Shown here one piece after another: positions 24,590 through 37,829 of a stretch of DNA of 64,000 nucleotides. Within the stretch, counting starts at the first letter, position 1; each line of letters starts with the position of its first letter. Source of the stretch: Mustelus asterias (Eukaryota); NCBI RefSeq assembly GCF_964213995.1, contig NC_135805.1:36766001-36830000 (forward strand), given 5' to 3'. The notes under the pieces are model-generated. The model was not told where the DNA came from. It did no database searches and saw only the letters and a program-made list of their open reading frames with translations. The translations under genes were made by a program, and so were the position numbers.

Positions 24590-25965
24590 AAAAGGTAGGG
24601 AAATTATTGAAGAAGATTGACTCATATTTGGAAAAATATGGATTTATTAGTGATAGGCAGCATGGCTTTGTGCGGGGGAGGCTGTGTCTGTTTATGAGGA
24701 AGTGATAAAGATGATTGATGAGGGCCGGGGAGTGGATGTTCTCTACATGGACTTTCGCAAGGTCTTTAACAAGGTGCCACATGGCAGGTTATTACAGAAG
24801 GTGAAGTGAAATGGGATCAGCAGTGAGCTGGTAAGATGGATACAGGTCATAGAAGACAAAGAGTAGTGATGGAAGAATGTTTTTCTGAGTGGAGATCTGT
24901 GATCAGTAGTGTTGCAGAGGGATCGGTGCTGAGACCCCTGTTGTTTGCAATATATAAATGATTTAAAGGAGTATGTAGATGGCCTGATTGGTAAGTTTGA
25001 GGACGACACAAAGATTGGGGGAGCGGCAGAAAGTGAGCAGGATTACCAGAAGATGCAGCAGGATATAGATGGACTGGAGACTTGGGTGGAGAAATGGCAA
25101 TTGGGAATTTAATCCAGACAAATGCGAGGTGATGCATTTTGGAAAGTCTCAGGCAGGAGAGAATTAGAAAGCAAATGGCAGAACCCTTAGAAGCATTAAC
25201 ATGCAGAGGGATCTAAGCATACAGCTCAACAGTTCCCTGAAAGTGGCAACACAAGTGGATACGGAGGTCAAGAAGGTGTATGGCATGCTTGCCTTCATCA
25301 GTCGGGACATAGAGTATAAAAATTGGCAAGTCATGTTGCAGCTCCATAGAACTTTGGAATATTGCGCCCAGTTCTGGTCACTATACTACCAGAAGGATGT
25401 TCAGGCTTTGAAGAGGATTTTCACAGTAACTTAATTGCAGTGTCAATGTAAGCCTACTTGTGACACTAATAAATAAACTTAACTTAAAACATAGAAAAGG
25501 TTTACCAGGATGTTGCCTGGTTTGGAGGGTATTAGCTATGAGGAGAGATTGGAGAAATTTGATTTGTTTTCACTTGAACATTGGAGGGCGAGGGACAACC
25601 TGATAGCAGCTAGCCGAATAATGAAAGGCATGGATAGAATAGATAGTCGGAGTCTTATTCCCATGGTAGAAATATCAGTTACTAGGGGACATAGGTTTAA
25701 GGTAAAAAGGGGAAAGTTTAAAGGAGATGTGAGAGGCACGTTTTTTACATAGAGGGTGATAAATGCCTGGGATGCACTGCCAGAGGAGGTGGTATAAACA
25801 GATACAATAGCTATGTTTCAGAGCCATCTTGACAGATACATGGATAGGCCAGAAATACAGGGATATGGACTGCATAGAGGCAAAAGCCTTTTAATTTAGG
25901 AAGGCGTCATGTGTCAGCACAGGCTTGGTGGGCCAAAAGGCCTGATCCTGTGCTATACTGTTCTT
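24590..25965 (+). mobile_element. CR1 LINE RT fragment, with a V-SINE type 2 tail inserted at about 25414-25490
   Basis: QHGF, YMDFRKVFNKVPH, QGSVL, KFEDDTK, MLPGLEGISYEERL. Confidence 0.9.
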
Positions 25966-26309
25966 TCGCAAACAACTCTGGCAAATACTACAATATGTGC
26001 AGAATGGCTCCAGCACCTCTATTCCTGCATTCCTGCATTCTCATCAGAATTGTATCCTTTTTTTGAAAATTCCTGCCAAAATGGAGTCCTTCACACTTCT
26101 CAGCATTAAATCTAATCTACCTGGTTAATCTGCTGATATTAGTGGCAGTTCAGAAGAATTAGTTAGGTTTTAAAAATCAGCAAAGAATGAGTAAAACATT
26201 TAATGAGGGGTGAATTGGAGCATGAAAGAACGATAGCTAGAAATATAGAAACAGACAGTAAGAGTTTCTACAAATATTGTAGAATTATATAGAATTATAT
26301 AGAAATATT

Positions 26310-27208
26310 GACACCAAGATTGGTGGAGTAGTGGATGAGGTGGAGGGCTGTTGTAGACTGCAAAGAGACATAGATAGGATGCAAAGCTGGGCTGAAAAAT
26401 GGTAGATGGAGGTTAACACTGATAAATGTGAGGTGATTCATTTTGATAGGACTAATTTAAATGTGGATTGCAGGGTCAAAGGTAGGGTTCTGAAGACTGC
26501 GGAGGAACAGAGAGATCTTGGGGTCCATATCCACAGATCTCTGAAGGTTGCCACTCAAGTGGATAGAGCTGTGAAGAAGGCCTATAGTGTGTTAGCTTTT
26601 ATTACAGGGGGTTGGAGTTTAAGAGCCGTGGGGTTATGCTGCAACTGTACAGGACCTTGGTGAGACCACATTTGGAATATTGTGTGCAGTTCTGGTCACC
26701 TCACTATAAGAAGGATGTGGAAGCGCTGGAAAGAGTGCAAAGGAGATTTACCAGGATGCTGCCTGGTTTGGAGGATAGGTCTTATGAGGAAAGGTTGAGG
26801 GAGCTAGGGCTGTTCTCTCTGGAGTGGAGGAGGTTGAGGGGGGACTTAATGGAGGTTTATAAAATGATGACGGGGATAGATAGAGTGAACGTTCAAAGAC
26901 TATTTCCTCAGATGGATGGAGCTATTTCAAGGGGGCATAACTATAGGGTTCGTGGTGGGAGATATAGGAAGGATATCAGAGGTAGGTTCTTTACTCAGAG
27001 AGTGGTTGAAGTGTGGAATGGACTGCCTGCAGCGATAGTGGAGTCAGACACTTTAGGAACATTTAAGTGGTTATTGGATAGGCACATGGAGCACACCAGG
27101 ATGATAGGGAGGGGGATAGCTTGATCTTGGTTTCAGATAAAGCTCGGCACAACATCGTGGGCCGAAGGGCCTGTTCTGTGCTGTACTGTTCTATGTTCTA
27201 TGTTCTAT
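26310..27208 (+). mobile_element. Young CR1 LINE 3' fragment
   Basis: ORF 26612..27124 LYRTLVRPHLEYCVQFW..FFTQRVVEVWNGLP; (tgttcta)n tail. Confidence 0.92.
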
Positions 27209-29690
27209 ATGTCCTATTTAAAAAGGAAAATTGTAAGTAAAGTGAGTGTTGGTCCCTTACAGAATGAGAATTGGGAATTAATAAAGGAAATAGCTGAAGC
27301 ATTGAACAGATATTTTTGTGCCTGTCTTCTCTGTGGAAGACACAAAATCATATCAAGAATGCTTGAAAATCAAGAGATAAGATAAAGTGAGGAACTCGAA
27401 ACAATCACAGTTGGAAGGGAAAAGTGAGAAAACTATTCGACCCCTGGACCTAATGGCTTTCATCCTAAAGTCTTAAAATAAGTGGCTGTGGAGATATAGA
27501 TGCATTGTTTGTGATTTTTCAAAATTCTCTAGAATGTAGAAAGGCCCCAATGAATTGAAAAATCGCTAATGCAACAATTTTGTTCAAGAAAGAAGGGAGA
27601 CGGAAAGGAGTAAACTATAGGCCAACTAGCCTAATGTCTGTCTGATGCGCATCAATTTGACACGAGGCACAAAGCTTTGGTAAAAGAAGGCTTTTATTAA
27701 CTAACAATGGAACTATCAGAACTTTAACACACTATCCCAGACTGAAGGGGTCCCGCCCGAGCAGGGAGTCTTATACCTCTCCCAGGAGGCGGAGCCCAAC
27801 TGGGATGTGCCACAACAGTTACAACCACAGGTGTATCAATCCCACCCTAGCCCAACAACAACATTAGAACAACCCAACAACAACATTAGAACAATCCCAC
27901 AGTGGGAACCAACGATGGTTCACCACACTGTCATAGGAAAAATAAACTAGAATCCATTATTCAGGAGGTAATAGCAGGATGTTTAGAAAATCACAATATA
28001 ATTAGACAGAGTGAACATGGTTGTAAGAGCGGGAAACCATGTTTGATACATTAATTCGAGTTACTCAAATTTATTGACTTTTTGTGACTTTAAAGGGGGG
28101 TCTTGACAAATACATGAATAGGATGGGAATAGAGGGATACGGTCCCCGGAAGGGGAGGGGGTTTTGGTTAAGTCAGGCAGCATGGTTGGTGCAGGCTTGG
28201 AGGGCTGAAGGGCCTGTTTCTATGTAATTTTCTTTGATCTTTATTGAGGCATATTTGGATTTCCTAAAGGCAATTGATCAGGGGCCACCTCAAAGGTTAC
28301 TATACAAAATAAGAACTCATAATGTAGGGGATAACATATTAACTCAAACAGAGCATTGGTTAGCTGAAAGGAAGCAGAGTGCAGGGATATATTAGTAATT
28401 TTTGGGTTGGCAACCTTTTCCTAGTAGAGTGCCACAGGGGCTCTGACTATTTACAAATCTATTCTATATCAATGACTTGGATGAAGGGATCAAATGAATT
28501 GGAACTAAATTTGCTGAAGGTACAAAGATAGGTGGGAAAGTAAATCTACAAGAGATATAAAGAATCCACAAAGGGGTATTGATAGGTTAGGTTAGTGGGC
28601 AAAATGTTGGCAGATGGGGAAAATGTGAACTTGTGAATTTGCTAAATGTGGGGAAATGTGAATTTGTCCACTCTAGATAGAAAAATAGAAAAGCAGTACA
28701 TTATTTGAATGGAGTGAGTCTGCAAAACTGTATGGTACAGAGGGATCTGGGTGTCCCAGTACATGAATCACAAAAAGCTGGTATGCAAGTGCAGCAGGTG
28801 ATTAGGAAGGCAAATGGATGGTAAGCATTTTTTGCAAGGGGGATTGAGTCTGAAAGTAGGGAAGCTCTAATCAATAGTTGGAGAATGAGATACACTCAGT
28901 GGACTTCTACGCTACCCACCTGGTCCTCCTCATAACCTGCCTGGTCCTCCTTGACTGCCTTATTGCAGAGTCTTCACCACCCTCCACCCCCCCCCCCCCC
29001 ACCCCCCCCCCCCCCAACCCTCCCGACCCCGGCACCCGACCACCTCCGCCACCGAACAGCTCTACAGGGCCTTGGACCTCATCTGGAATATTGTGTCCAG
29101 TTTGGTTTCCTTCCTTTGAGAAGTGATATAAATGCATTAGATACAGTTCAGAGAAGGTTCCCTCAACTGAATCCTTGCATGAAAGGCTTATCTTATGAGA
29201 AGAGGTTGAGCAGTTTGGGATAATGCCCATTTGACTTCAGAAGAGGTGCTCTTTTTGAAACATACAAGATTCTGAGGGGACTTGACGGTAGAAGCTGGAT
29301 GGATGTTTCCACTTTTGAGGGAGTCTAAATCTAAGGGATAAAGTTTAGAAATGAGAAGTCATCTATTTAAGACTAAAATAGAGGATTTTATTTATCTCCC
29401 AGGGAGATGATGGTCTGCAGGATTCTTTTCCCCAAAGTTCAGCGCAGCCTGGGTCATTGAATATACTGAAAGCTGAGTTAGACAGATTATTGATCAACAA
29501 GGGATTTGGGGGTTCTGACGGTGGTGGGGGGAGGCGGAATGGGGTGGGTCAGTGAATGGAGGGGGGAGCGGCTGCAGACAGGAAAGTGGTGTTGATCAAA
29601 ATCAGATCAGCCATGATCTTCTCGAATGATGGAGTAGACTCGATTGGATGGATGCCTGTTCCTTCTTCCATTTTTGTGTTCCTGTGTTTG
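27209..29690 (+). mobile_element. Old CR1 ORF2 remnant hosting several insertions (starts about 26130)
   Basis: PGPNGFHPKVLK, NYRPTSLMS, EHG, YLDF.KA, YINDLD, KFAEGTK. Confidence 0.8.
27643..27927 (-). mobile_element. Solo LTR, 285 bp
   Basis: TG..CA termini; 5-bp TSD ctgtc at 27638-27642 and 27928-27932; TATA-like and AATAAA motifs. Confidence 0.92.
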
Positions 29691-29753
29691 TCCCTTTCTG
29701 CAATTTCCTTGCAGTTTTGTTCCCCCCTATATATTTTCTGCCAGTTACTCATG

Positions 29754-30113
29754 ATGGCCGAGTGGTATCATCGCTAGGCTATTAATCCAGGAACTCAGCT
29801 CATGTTCTGGGGACCTGGGTTCAAATCCCACCATGGCAGATGGTGGAATTTGCATTCCATAAAAACAATCTGGAATTAAGAATCTACTGATGACCATGAA
29901 ACCATTGTCAATTGTCAGAAAACCCCATCTGGTTCACTAATGTCCTTTGGTGAAGGAAATCTGCCATCCTTACTTGATCTGGCCGACATGTGACTCCAGA
30001 GACACAGCAATGTGGTAGACTCTCAACTGCCCTCTGAACAAGGGCAATTAGGGATGGGCAATAAATGCTGGCCGTCAGCGATGCCCAAGTCCCACGTATG
30101 AATAAAAAAAAAT
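29754..30113 (+). mobile_element. SINE S2, full length
   Basis: tggccgagtggta A-box, gggttcaaatccc B-box, A-rich tail. Confidence 0.85.
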
Positions 30114-31842
30114 AAGATGCACCTTGTAGTGTAATCTAATCTAAGCTCTAATCAAAAGTTGGAAAATGAAATACACTCAGTGGACTTCTATGCTACTTGC
30201 CTGGACCTCCTTGACTGCCTGATTGCGGGGTGACCCCCCACCCCACTCAACCGCGGTTGACCCTCCCCTCCTTCCTTCCTTCCTTCCTACCCATTCATTG
30301 TCTTAAACTCATCCCCTTTGCTCCCACACCACTGCCGCTCTCCCGAATCTACCCAAACTCTCTCCCAGCCCAAGACCGTGGACATGCCTGCTTTGGGGAT
30401 CGAGGGCACTGGGGTCCTCTCTTCACCAGCACTCCCAACATCATCCACTGAATCCCCTTGTGTTGTTAGGACTGATGGAACTGCTGGTGAGTCAGATCGG
30501 CAGGCAGCTCCAGAGGGTGGGACATCACCCCACTGAGTGGCAGAGGGCCTATTTGGCTCTTACTGATCAGCCCCACAGCACTTTATGGCTCTGGAGAGGG
30601 TCAGCAGGGAGTGTGTCAGCTCCATGCCAATGTGGTTTCGGGGGTGTGGGGGAGTGGCATACCACCTGCTTCCTGCCATGTTATTCAACCCCCTGTATAC
30701 ATATGCAAGGAATAGAGGGATATGGATCAAGGGCAGGTAGGAGGGATTAGTTTAATTTGGCGTCATGTTCAGCACAATATAGAACATAGAGCTTACTGCA
30801 TTCTGAAGCAGAATGCACACTCCATGGGACTGAGATTTCCTGCCATACCTCCATTTATTAGAGTATTAGCTGACTTAATAGAAATAAACTCAAGATGAAA
30901 TAAATAACAGGTACACAACAGTCAGCTGCTTCCCTTGTACTGACATTGCATTATTTTGTAAGAAGTTAACTTAAATATTTTTACTTAACTCTTATTATCC
31001 ATACAGCATAGATTCAAATTTACTGAAAAATTCAGAAACCTTTGCAATTTAATTTTAAATTTAGCACCTAGATCTGATTAATTAATTGAACATTGATTGT
31101 AATTATATGATAAAATATCAAATTTGATTTAGGTCTTGTGCTAATTAATTGGCCTGGTCTTTCTTCATAGTTGATTCAATTAAATTAAATTAAAAGTTTG
31201 TCAGTATACTCAACCCATGGGACTCTGTTTTGTGACATCACTTTATTAGATTTATCCTCCCTGTCCAATCACAGTGCGTCTCCACTCTGCTCCCGAATTC
31301 TCCTGTTACGTTGTTCCGTTCTGCTCCCAATCTCTCCTTTCAAATGCTCCACACTACTCCCGTCCTTTTCTTTTCCATGCTTCCACTCTGTTCCTGGCTT
31401 CTTCTTTTACACTGCTTCACTCTCAACCTCTCTTTTCAGACCTTTCTTTTCTTGGCCTCTCAATTTTATGCTGATCTGCTCCACATTCAACAGCTCCATT
31501 TATGCTGCTCTGCTTCACTCTGCTCCCAGCCTTTCCGTTTTATCCACCTTAACTTCATTCCTCTCCAGGCCGCTCTCTTTATGCTTCTGCAATCCATAAA
31601 TGTAGCGCTCGTGCACACTCTGCACCTTTGTTCTGCTATTTACTCAATCCGATTTCCTTACGAGCTGCTATTAGCACCATTCTCAGTCTTTACTATATTC
31701 CCTTTGTCTTTTTGTCTATTGCATCTTGGTCAATTACATCACCCAGCCCCCTCCCCCACCCTTATAAATCTCGTCCTACTTTCTTTGTCTTCAGCTCTGA
31801 CGAAGGGTAATCCAGACTCGAACTGTTGGCTCTATTCTTTCT

Positions 31843-32586
31843 CAGTAAGAAGTTTAACAACACCAGGTTAAAGTCCAACAGGTTTATTTGGTAGCAAAAG
31901 CCACACAAGCTTTCGGAGCTCCAAGCCCCTTCTTCAGGTGAGTGGAAATTCTGTTCACAAACAGGGCATATAAAGACACAAACTCAATTTACATGAATAA
32001 TGGTTGGAATGCAAATACTTACAACTAATCAAGTCTTTAAGAAACAAAACAACGTGAGTGGAGAGAGCATCAAGACAGGCTAAAAAGATGTGTATTGTCT
32101 CCAGACAAGACAGCCAGTGAAACTCTGCAGGTCTAGGCAACTGTGGGGGTTACAAATAGTGTGACATGAACCCAATATCCCGGTTGAGGCCGTCCTCGTG
32201 TGTGCGGAACATGGCTATCAGTTTCTGCTCAGCGACTCTGCGCCGTCGTGTGTCGCAAAGGCCGCCTTGGAGAACGCTTACCCGAATATCAGAGGCCGAA
32301 TGCCCGTGACCGCTGAAGTGCTCCCCAACAGGAAGAGAACAGTCTTGCCTGGTGATTGTCGAGCGGTGTTCATTCATCCATTGTCGTAGCGTCTGCATGG
32401 TTTCCCCAATGTATCATGCCTTGGGACATCCTTTCCTGCAGCGTATCAGGTAGACAACGTTGGCCAAGTTGCAAGAGTATGTACCGTGTACCTGGTGGAT
32501 GGTGTTCTCACGTGAGATGATGGCATCTGTGTCGATGATCCGGCATGTCTGTTTACCCCAGTCCAACGCCGGCATCTCCACATCAT
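31843..32586 (-). mobile_element. Penelope-like family A element: GIY-YIG endonuclease remnant, 3' UTR with hammerhead, inverted tail
   Basis: Minus frame 32150-32549: YSCNLANVVYLIRCRKGCPKA*YIGETMQTLRQWMNEH..PVGEHF..AEQKLI..GLN; TSD-like tctattct(t/c)tctc. Confidence 0.9.
31902..31942 (-). ncRNA. Minimal hammerhead ribozyme motif, intact core
   Basis: CAC-CUGAAGA-A-GGGGC-UUGGA-GCUCC-GAAA-GCUU-GUG. Confidence 0.8.
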
Positions 32587-32673
32587 GTCTATTCTCTCTC
32601 CACAGATGCTGTCAGACCTGCTGAGATTTTCCAGCAGTTTCCGTTTTTATTTCCAATTCCAGCATCTGCAGTA

Positions 32674-33015
32674 TCATAGAATCATAGAAACCCTACAGTG
32701 CAGAAGGAGGCCATTTGGCCCATCGAGCCTGCACCGACCACAACCCCACCCAGGCCCTACCCCCACATATTTTTACCCACTAATCCCTCTAACCTACGCA
32801 TCTCAGGACTCTAAGGGGCAATTTTTAACCTGGCCAATCAACCTAACCCGCACATCTTTGGACTGTGGGAGGAAACCGGAGCACCCGGAGGAAATCCACG
32901 CAGACACGAGGAGAATGTGCAAACTCCACACAGACAGTGACCCGAGCCGGGAATCGAACCCAGGACCATGGAGCTGTGAAGCAGCAGTGCTAACCACTGT
33001 GCTACCATGCCGCCC
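32674..33015 (-). mobile_element. Young HE1 V-SINE
   Basis: Full head to tail; cagta TSD; very similar to 23420-23775. Confidence 0.92.
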
Positions 33016-33883
33016 AGTAATTTGCTTTTACCATAGATTTAGGAACTGTGCCTTTGGATTGGAAAACTCTGCATGTCACTCCATTGTTTATAAAAATAGG
33101 ATTTGAGAACCGAGATGACTGCAGAAAACTTATCAATTGTGGGGAATTTATTGAGCAAGAGAGACAGCGCTCAGGATGTTGCGCTCGCGTTCATCACAGG
33201 CACAAATGACGACGTGAGAGCAAAATCCTGAAAGAGGCCAAAAGCGAGATTCTCACCAGTGAGATCTTGTGATCATTCCCACAACCTGCCATTGACGTAA
33301 CAATCTTCCCATGTGTTTTATTTTTTAATTAAAATCTAATGCAGTAATGGAAGAAAATATGGAAGACAATTCTTTGGTAAAATTGATTCAAAACTATGCA
33401 ATATTCTTTAAAATTAGCTATGGGCATTTAGTTTAGCTTATGTGGAAATAATATATTAATTAATTTAATATAAAGCATGTAACTGGAAAGTACGATTAAT
33501 ATTTTATATTGGCTAAATGTTAGTTCAAATACAACATAGTGAATGTTTAAACTTTGATAAGTCTCTCGTGCGATAATCCACTATCTTACTGTGAATTGTG
33601 TGAATATGTGCTGTATTAAAATGAGAAATATTAAGATGTTTCTCACAAAAGAGCAGACTGCATAGATGAAAAGGTTGAGCACTTGACTCCCATCGAGAAG
33701 GTTGTACATTAAAGTCCCTAGACAGTTGCTGCTCAAATAACACCTCCGCCAGGTTTGACAGATGCAGTGCCACTTGGAAACAAGACGTTGGAGCACTGAA
33801 TCACCCACTTAAATCACATTTCCTGTCATCAAAGAATGACATCAATGCTAGCTACAGAGGAATACACCATGCCCAGGCCAACC

Positions 33884-34180
33884 TGGCACAGTGGCACCAT
33901 GATTAGCACTGCTGCCTCACAGGGCAAGGGACCCAGGTTCGATTCCCAGCTTGGGTCACTGTCTGTGCGGAGTCTGCATCTACTCCCCATATCTGTGTGG
34001 GTTTCCTCTGGGTGCACCGGTTTCCTCCCACAGTGCTGGGTTAGGTGGATTGGCCATGCTAAATTCTCCCTCAGTGTACCCAAACAGGTGTCGGAGTGTG
34101 GTAACTAGGGGATTTTCACAGTAACTTCATTGCAGTGTTAATGTTAGCCTCCTTGTGACACTAATAAATAAACTTTTTAA
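33884..34180 (+). mobile_element. V-SINE with type 2 tail
   Basis: Head, V-domain and ..cacagtaacttcattgcagtgttaat..tgtgacactaataaataaac. Confidence 0.88.
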
Positions 34181-34589
34181 AAAAACTTTAAAAACCTGTT
34201 GTCAGAAGTGGCTATTGTCAGTTTTGAGGTGCTGACAAGGAAGGGAAATAGTAAATAAATGTATTTCCACTCTCCCAAAATAAAATCATGTTGGTATGTG
34301 AGTTTTCCAAACGGGAATATTTTGGCTAAAGGAGGAAAGAAAAACTCTGCAAAGATGCAAAGTCACAAACAACAGAAGGAGGATTTGGATTATTATACAC
34401 AAAGGTACTCTTCCCTTCTCTATTTTAAGAAGCATGGTAACCTTTGCAGTTGAAGCTTCTTCCTGGAGATGTACTTAAGCTTTAGTGATGGGAGCACTGA
34501 ACACTAGTCTGCTGAGAGAATGCAGTTAAATTTAGAGTCTTCATCCAGTGCCATGTGAAATTATAATTACCTCTCACTCATTCTTTTAT

Positions 34590-36083
34590 TTAGAAAAATA
34601 GAAACATAGAAATTAGAAGCAGGAGTGGACCATTCAGTCCTTTGAGCCTGTTCCACCATGCATTTTGATCATGGCTGATCATCGAATTCAATATCCTGAT
34701 CCCCCCCTTCTCCCCATATCCCTTGATCTCTTTAGTCCCAAGGGCTATATCTAATCTCCTCTTGAAATCAGACAACTTTTTGGCCTCAACTACATTCAGT
34801 GATAGCGAACTCCCCACATTCACCACCCTCTGGGTGAAGAAATTTCTCCTCACCTCAGTTCTAAAAAAAACTACCCCTTATCCTCAAACTATGACCCTTA
34901 GCTCTGGACACCCTCACCACAGGGGACATTCTTTCTGAATCTACCTTGTCTAACCCTGTTAGAATTTTATAAGTTTCAATGAGATTCCCTCTCACTCTTC
35001 TAAACTTCTAATTGACATAATCTCTCCTCATATGACAGACCTGCCATCCCAGGAATCAGCGTGGTAAACCTTCGCTGCACTCCCTCCAGAGCAAGGACAC
35101 CCTTCCTCAGATATCGACACCAAAACTGCACACAATACTCAAGTTGTGGCCTCACCAACGCCCTATACAATTGCAGCAAAACATCCCTATCCCTATACTC
35201 AAATCCTCTCGCTATGAAGGCCAACATACATACCATTTGCCTACTTTACTGCCCACTGTACCTGCACACTTACTTTCAGTGACTGATGCACGAGGACCCC
35301 AAGCTCTTGTTGACTATCCACCTCTCTGAGTGTACACCAATTCAAGTATTAATCTGTCTTCCTATTATTGTTACCAAAGTGGATGACCTCTCATTTATCT
35401 ACATTGTACTGCTTCAGCCATGCAGATACCCACACACTCAGCCTGTCCAAATCACACTGAAGCATCTCTGCATCCTCCTCAAAGCTCACCCTCCCACCCA
35501 ACTTTGTATCACCTGCAAATTTGGAGATAATACATTCAGTTTCCTCTTCCGAATCATTAATATATAATGTGAACAATTGGGGCCCTAGCACAGATCCCTG
35601 TGGAACCCCACTAGTCACTGACTGCCAGTCAGAAAAAGACCCATTTATGCCAAGTCTTTGCTTCCCATCTGTTAACCAGCTTTCCATCCATCTCAAGACA
35701 TTACCTGCAATCCCATGTGCTTTAAATTTACACAGTAGTCTGTTATGTGAGACCTTTTCAAAAGCCTTCTGAAAGTCTAAATGAAACCACATCCATTGGT
35801 TCTCCTTGGTCAACTCTACTAGTTACATCCTCAAAAAAGTCCAATAGATTCGTCAAGCATGATTTGCCTTTTGTAAATCCATGCTGACTTTGTCTAATTA
35901 TACCACTGTCTTCCAAATACTGAGTTATGAAATCCTTGATAATAGAATATAGCAACTTCCCCGTTAGGCTCACTGGTCTATTGTTCCCTGCTTTCTCGCT
36001 ACCTCCCTTTTTGAATAGCGGGCTTCTATTAGTGACCCTCCAATCTATAGGAACTATCCAGAGTCCAAAGAATTTTGGAAAAA
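34590..36083 (-). mobile_element. CR1 LINE RT fragment
   Basis: QHGFTKGKSCLTNLL, LDFQKAF.KV.H, SGVPQGSVLGPQLF, KFAGDTK. Confidence 0.92.
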
Positions 36084-37189
36084 TTTAGCTGTTCTATGTG
36101 ATGTCGGATTCTTAAGGAAGCAGTGTTCTTTTTTAAATTTCATAAATAATGTTCAGTTTATGTTCAGTGACCCGCCAGTTGTAAGGTTGGTTGTTATTAA
36201 CATTTTAGGAACACTCGAGGATTTATTTTATTGCTGTCTTTTTACTTAGTGGGATTAAAAGGTAACGGCCCAGATTTTACAGTAGCAGGTGATTTGGCAT
36301 TGTTTGCTGTTAGACCTGCCCTCGCAATATGTAGCTTTTCTTACATTTCCTTTATGTGAGAAGTCGCTGCATGTGCGAACTGGTCATGACACAGCAAGAG
36401 AAACAGGGCATCGGAGGCCTGAGTGAATTGGGCAAAAAACATTGCATTTCCTTAACTAATCAAAATGAAGCGCTGTGAAAAAGACCGTTCAATGAAGGGT
36501 TAATTAGAATGCATGAATGTAATGTCAAATCAGGTACAGAAAAAGGAATAGAGATAGGGAAAGAAATATTAGATAAAAGGAGAGAGAAAAAGGAGACTGA
36601 AAGGAAAAGTTAAAAAAAAGTGAAATCTGACATTTGTAAAATCTCCAGCTACACACAGACCTGGAAGAAATGAAGCTCCTCATTTGTAATCATTAATTTT
36701 CGATGCCAAAGGATTTTATTAACTGTAATTAACAATTAGCACACTATTAAAAGAATACTTACACTGATAATTATTATCTCTATAACATGGCAGTGAGTTT
36801 AGTTCATATCAGTTGATTGTTACTTAATTTTTTGTAAATTTTATTTATTAGTGTGACACGTAGGCTTACAGTAACACTGCAATGAAGTTACTGTGAAAAT
36901 CCCCTAATTAACATTTACTATGTATTAGGCTTGAACTGGTTAAGGTTAAACTTTCTTTGGAAAGTTTTGTTTGTATCTACAATGCCAATACAGCAACTTT
37001 ATGCCGTTCAATGAATTTCACTGCTGAGGCAGGCAGCAAGATGCTATTGTTGCGAAGCTAACAATGGAATGGTGCAACTCAGGCAGTAACCTTTGGGTAT
37101 CCGTGATTAATCATGGATCTGCCCCTTGCCTATGTTGTTGTACCATTTACACATAAATTCTGGCAAGCACCGTTAGCCTCATTGTTTTC

Positions 37190-37717
37190 ATAGAATCATA
37201 GAACCATACAGCGCAGAAGAGGCCCTTTGGTCAGCAACTCTGCCCCGACACGTGAGAAACATCTGCGTCCCACCTGATCCCATTTACCAGTACTTGGCCA
37301 TAGCTTTGAATGTTATGATATGCCAAGTGCACATCCAGGTACTTTTTAAAGGATGTGAGGCAACCTGCCTCTACCACCCTCCTGGACAGCACATTTCAGA
37401 ACATCACTATCCTCTGGGTAAAAATGTTTTTCCTCAATAAACCTCCTGTCCCTCGCTTTGAACCTATGTCCCCTGGTGACTGAACCTTCAACTAAGGGGA
37501 ATGGCTGCTCCTTATCCATTCTGTCCTTGCCCCTCATAATCTTGTGCACCTCGATCAGGTCACCACCTCAGCCTGCTCTGCTCCAAAGAAAACAACCCAA
37601 GCCTATCCAACCTCTCTTCGTAATTTAATGTTCCATCCCAGGCAACATCTTGGCTCCCTGTACATCCTTAAGTGCAATCACGTCCTTCCTATAATGTGGT
37701 GACCAGAACTGCCCACA
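37190..37717 (-). mobile_element. CR1 LINE 3' fragment
   Basis: KIMRGKDRMDKEQPFPLVEGS.TRGH; same subfamily as 13982-14536. Confidence 0.88.
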
Positions 37718-37829
37718 GTTTTGTATATTGAGAAATCAGATCCAGATTTGACAAGTTTTTCTAAGTATTTTTGTTCATATTATCCCACCTGTGTCTTTTC
37801 CACTTCAACACCCTTTCCCTTCCCCCGTT

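Larger units (their letters stand above)
31720..33030 (+). mobile_element. Penelope-like family B 3' end, interrupted by a family A PLE and an HE1
   Basis: agctCTGACGAagggtaatccagactcGAActgtt (degenerate hammerhead at 31793-31830); continues at 32587-32673 and 33016-33030. Confidence 0.8.

Noticed and set aside
30798-30818. Palindrome tgcattctg-aag-cagaatgca as terminator or miRNA
   Set aside because: Only a 9-bp stem with no supporting context; plausible by chance in 64 kb
31198-31871. Hydrophobic ORFs of 133-186 aa
   Set aside because: Pyrimidine-rich low-complexity sequence, poor in stop codons, running into a PLE end
36268-37190. Additional Harbinger-like element starting ggcccagatttt
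   Set aside because: No matching right TIR found, so it cannot be delimited
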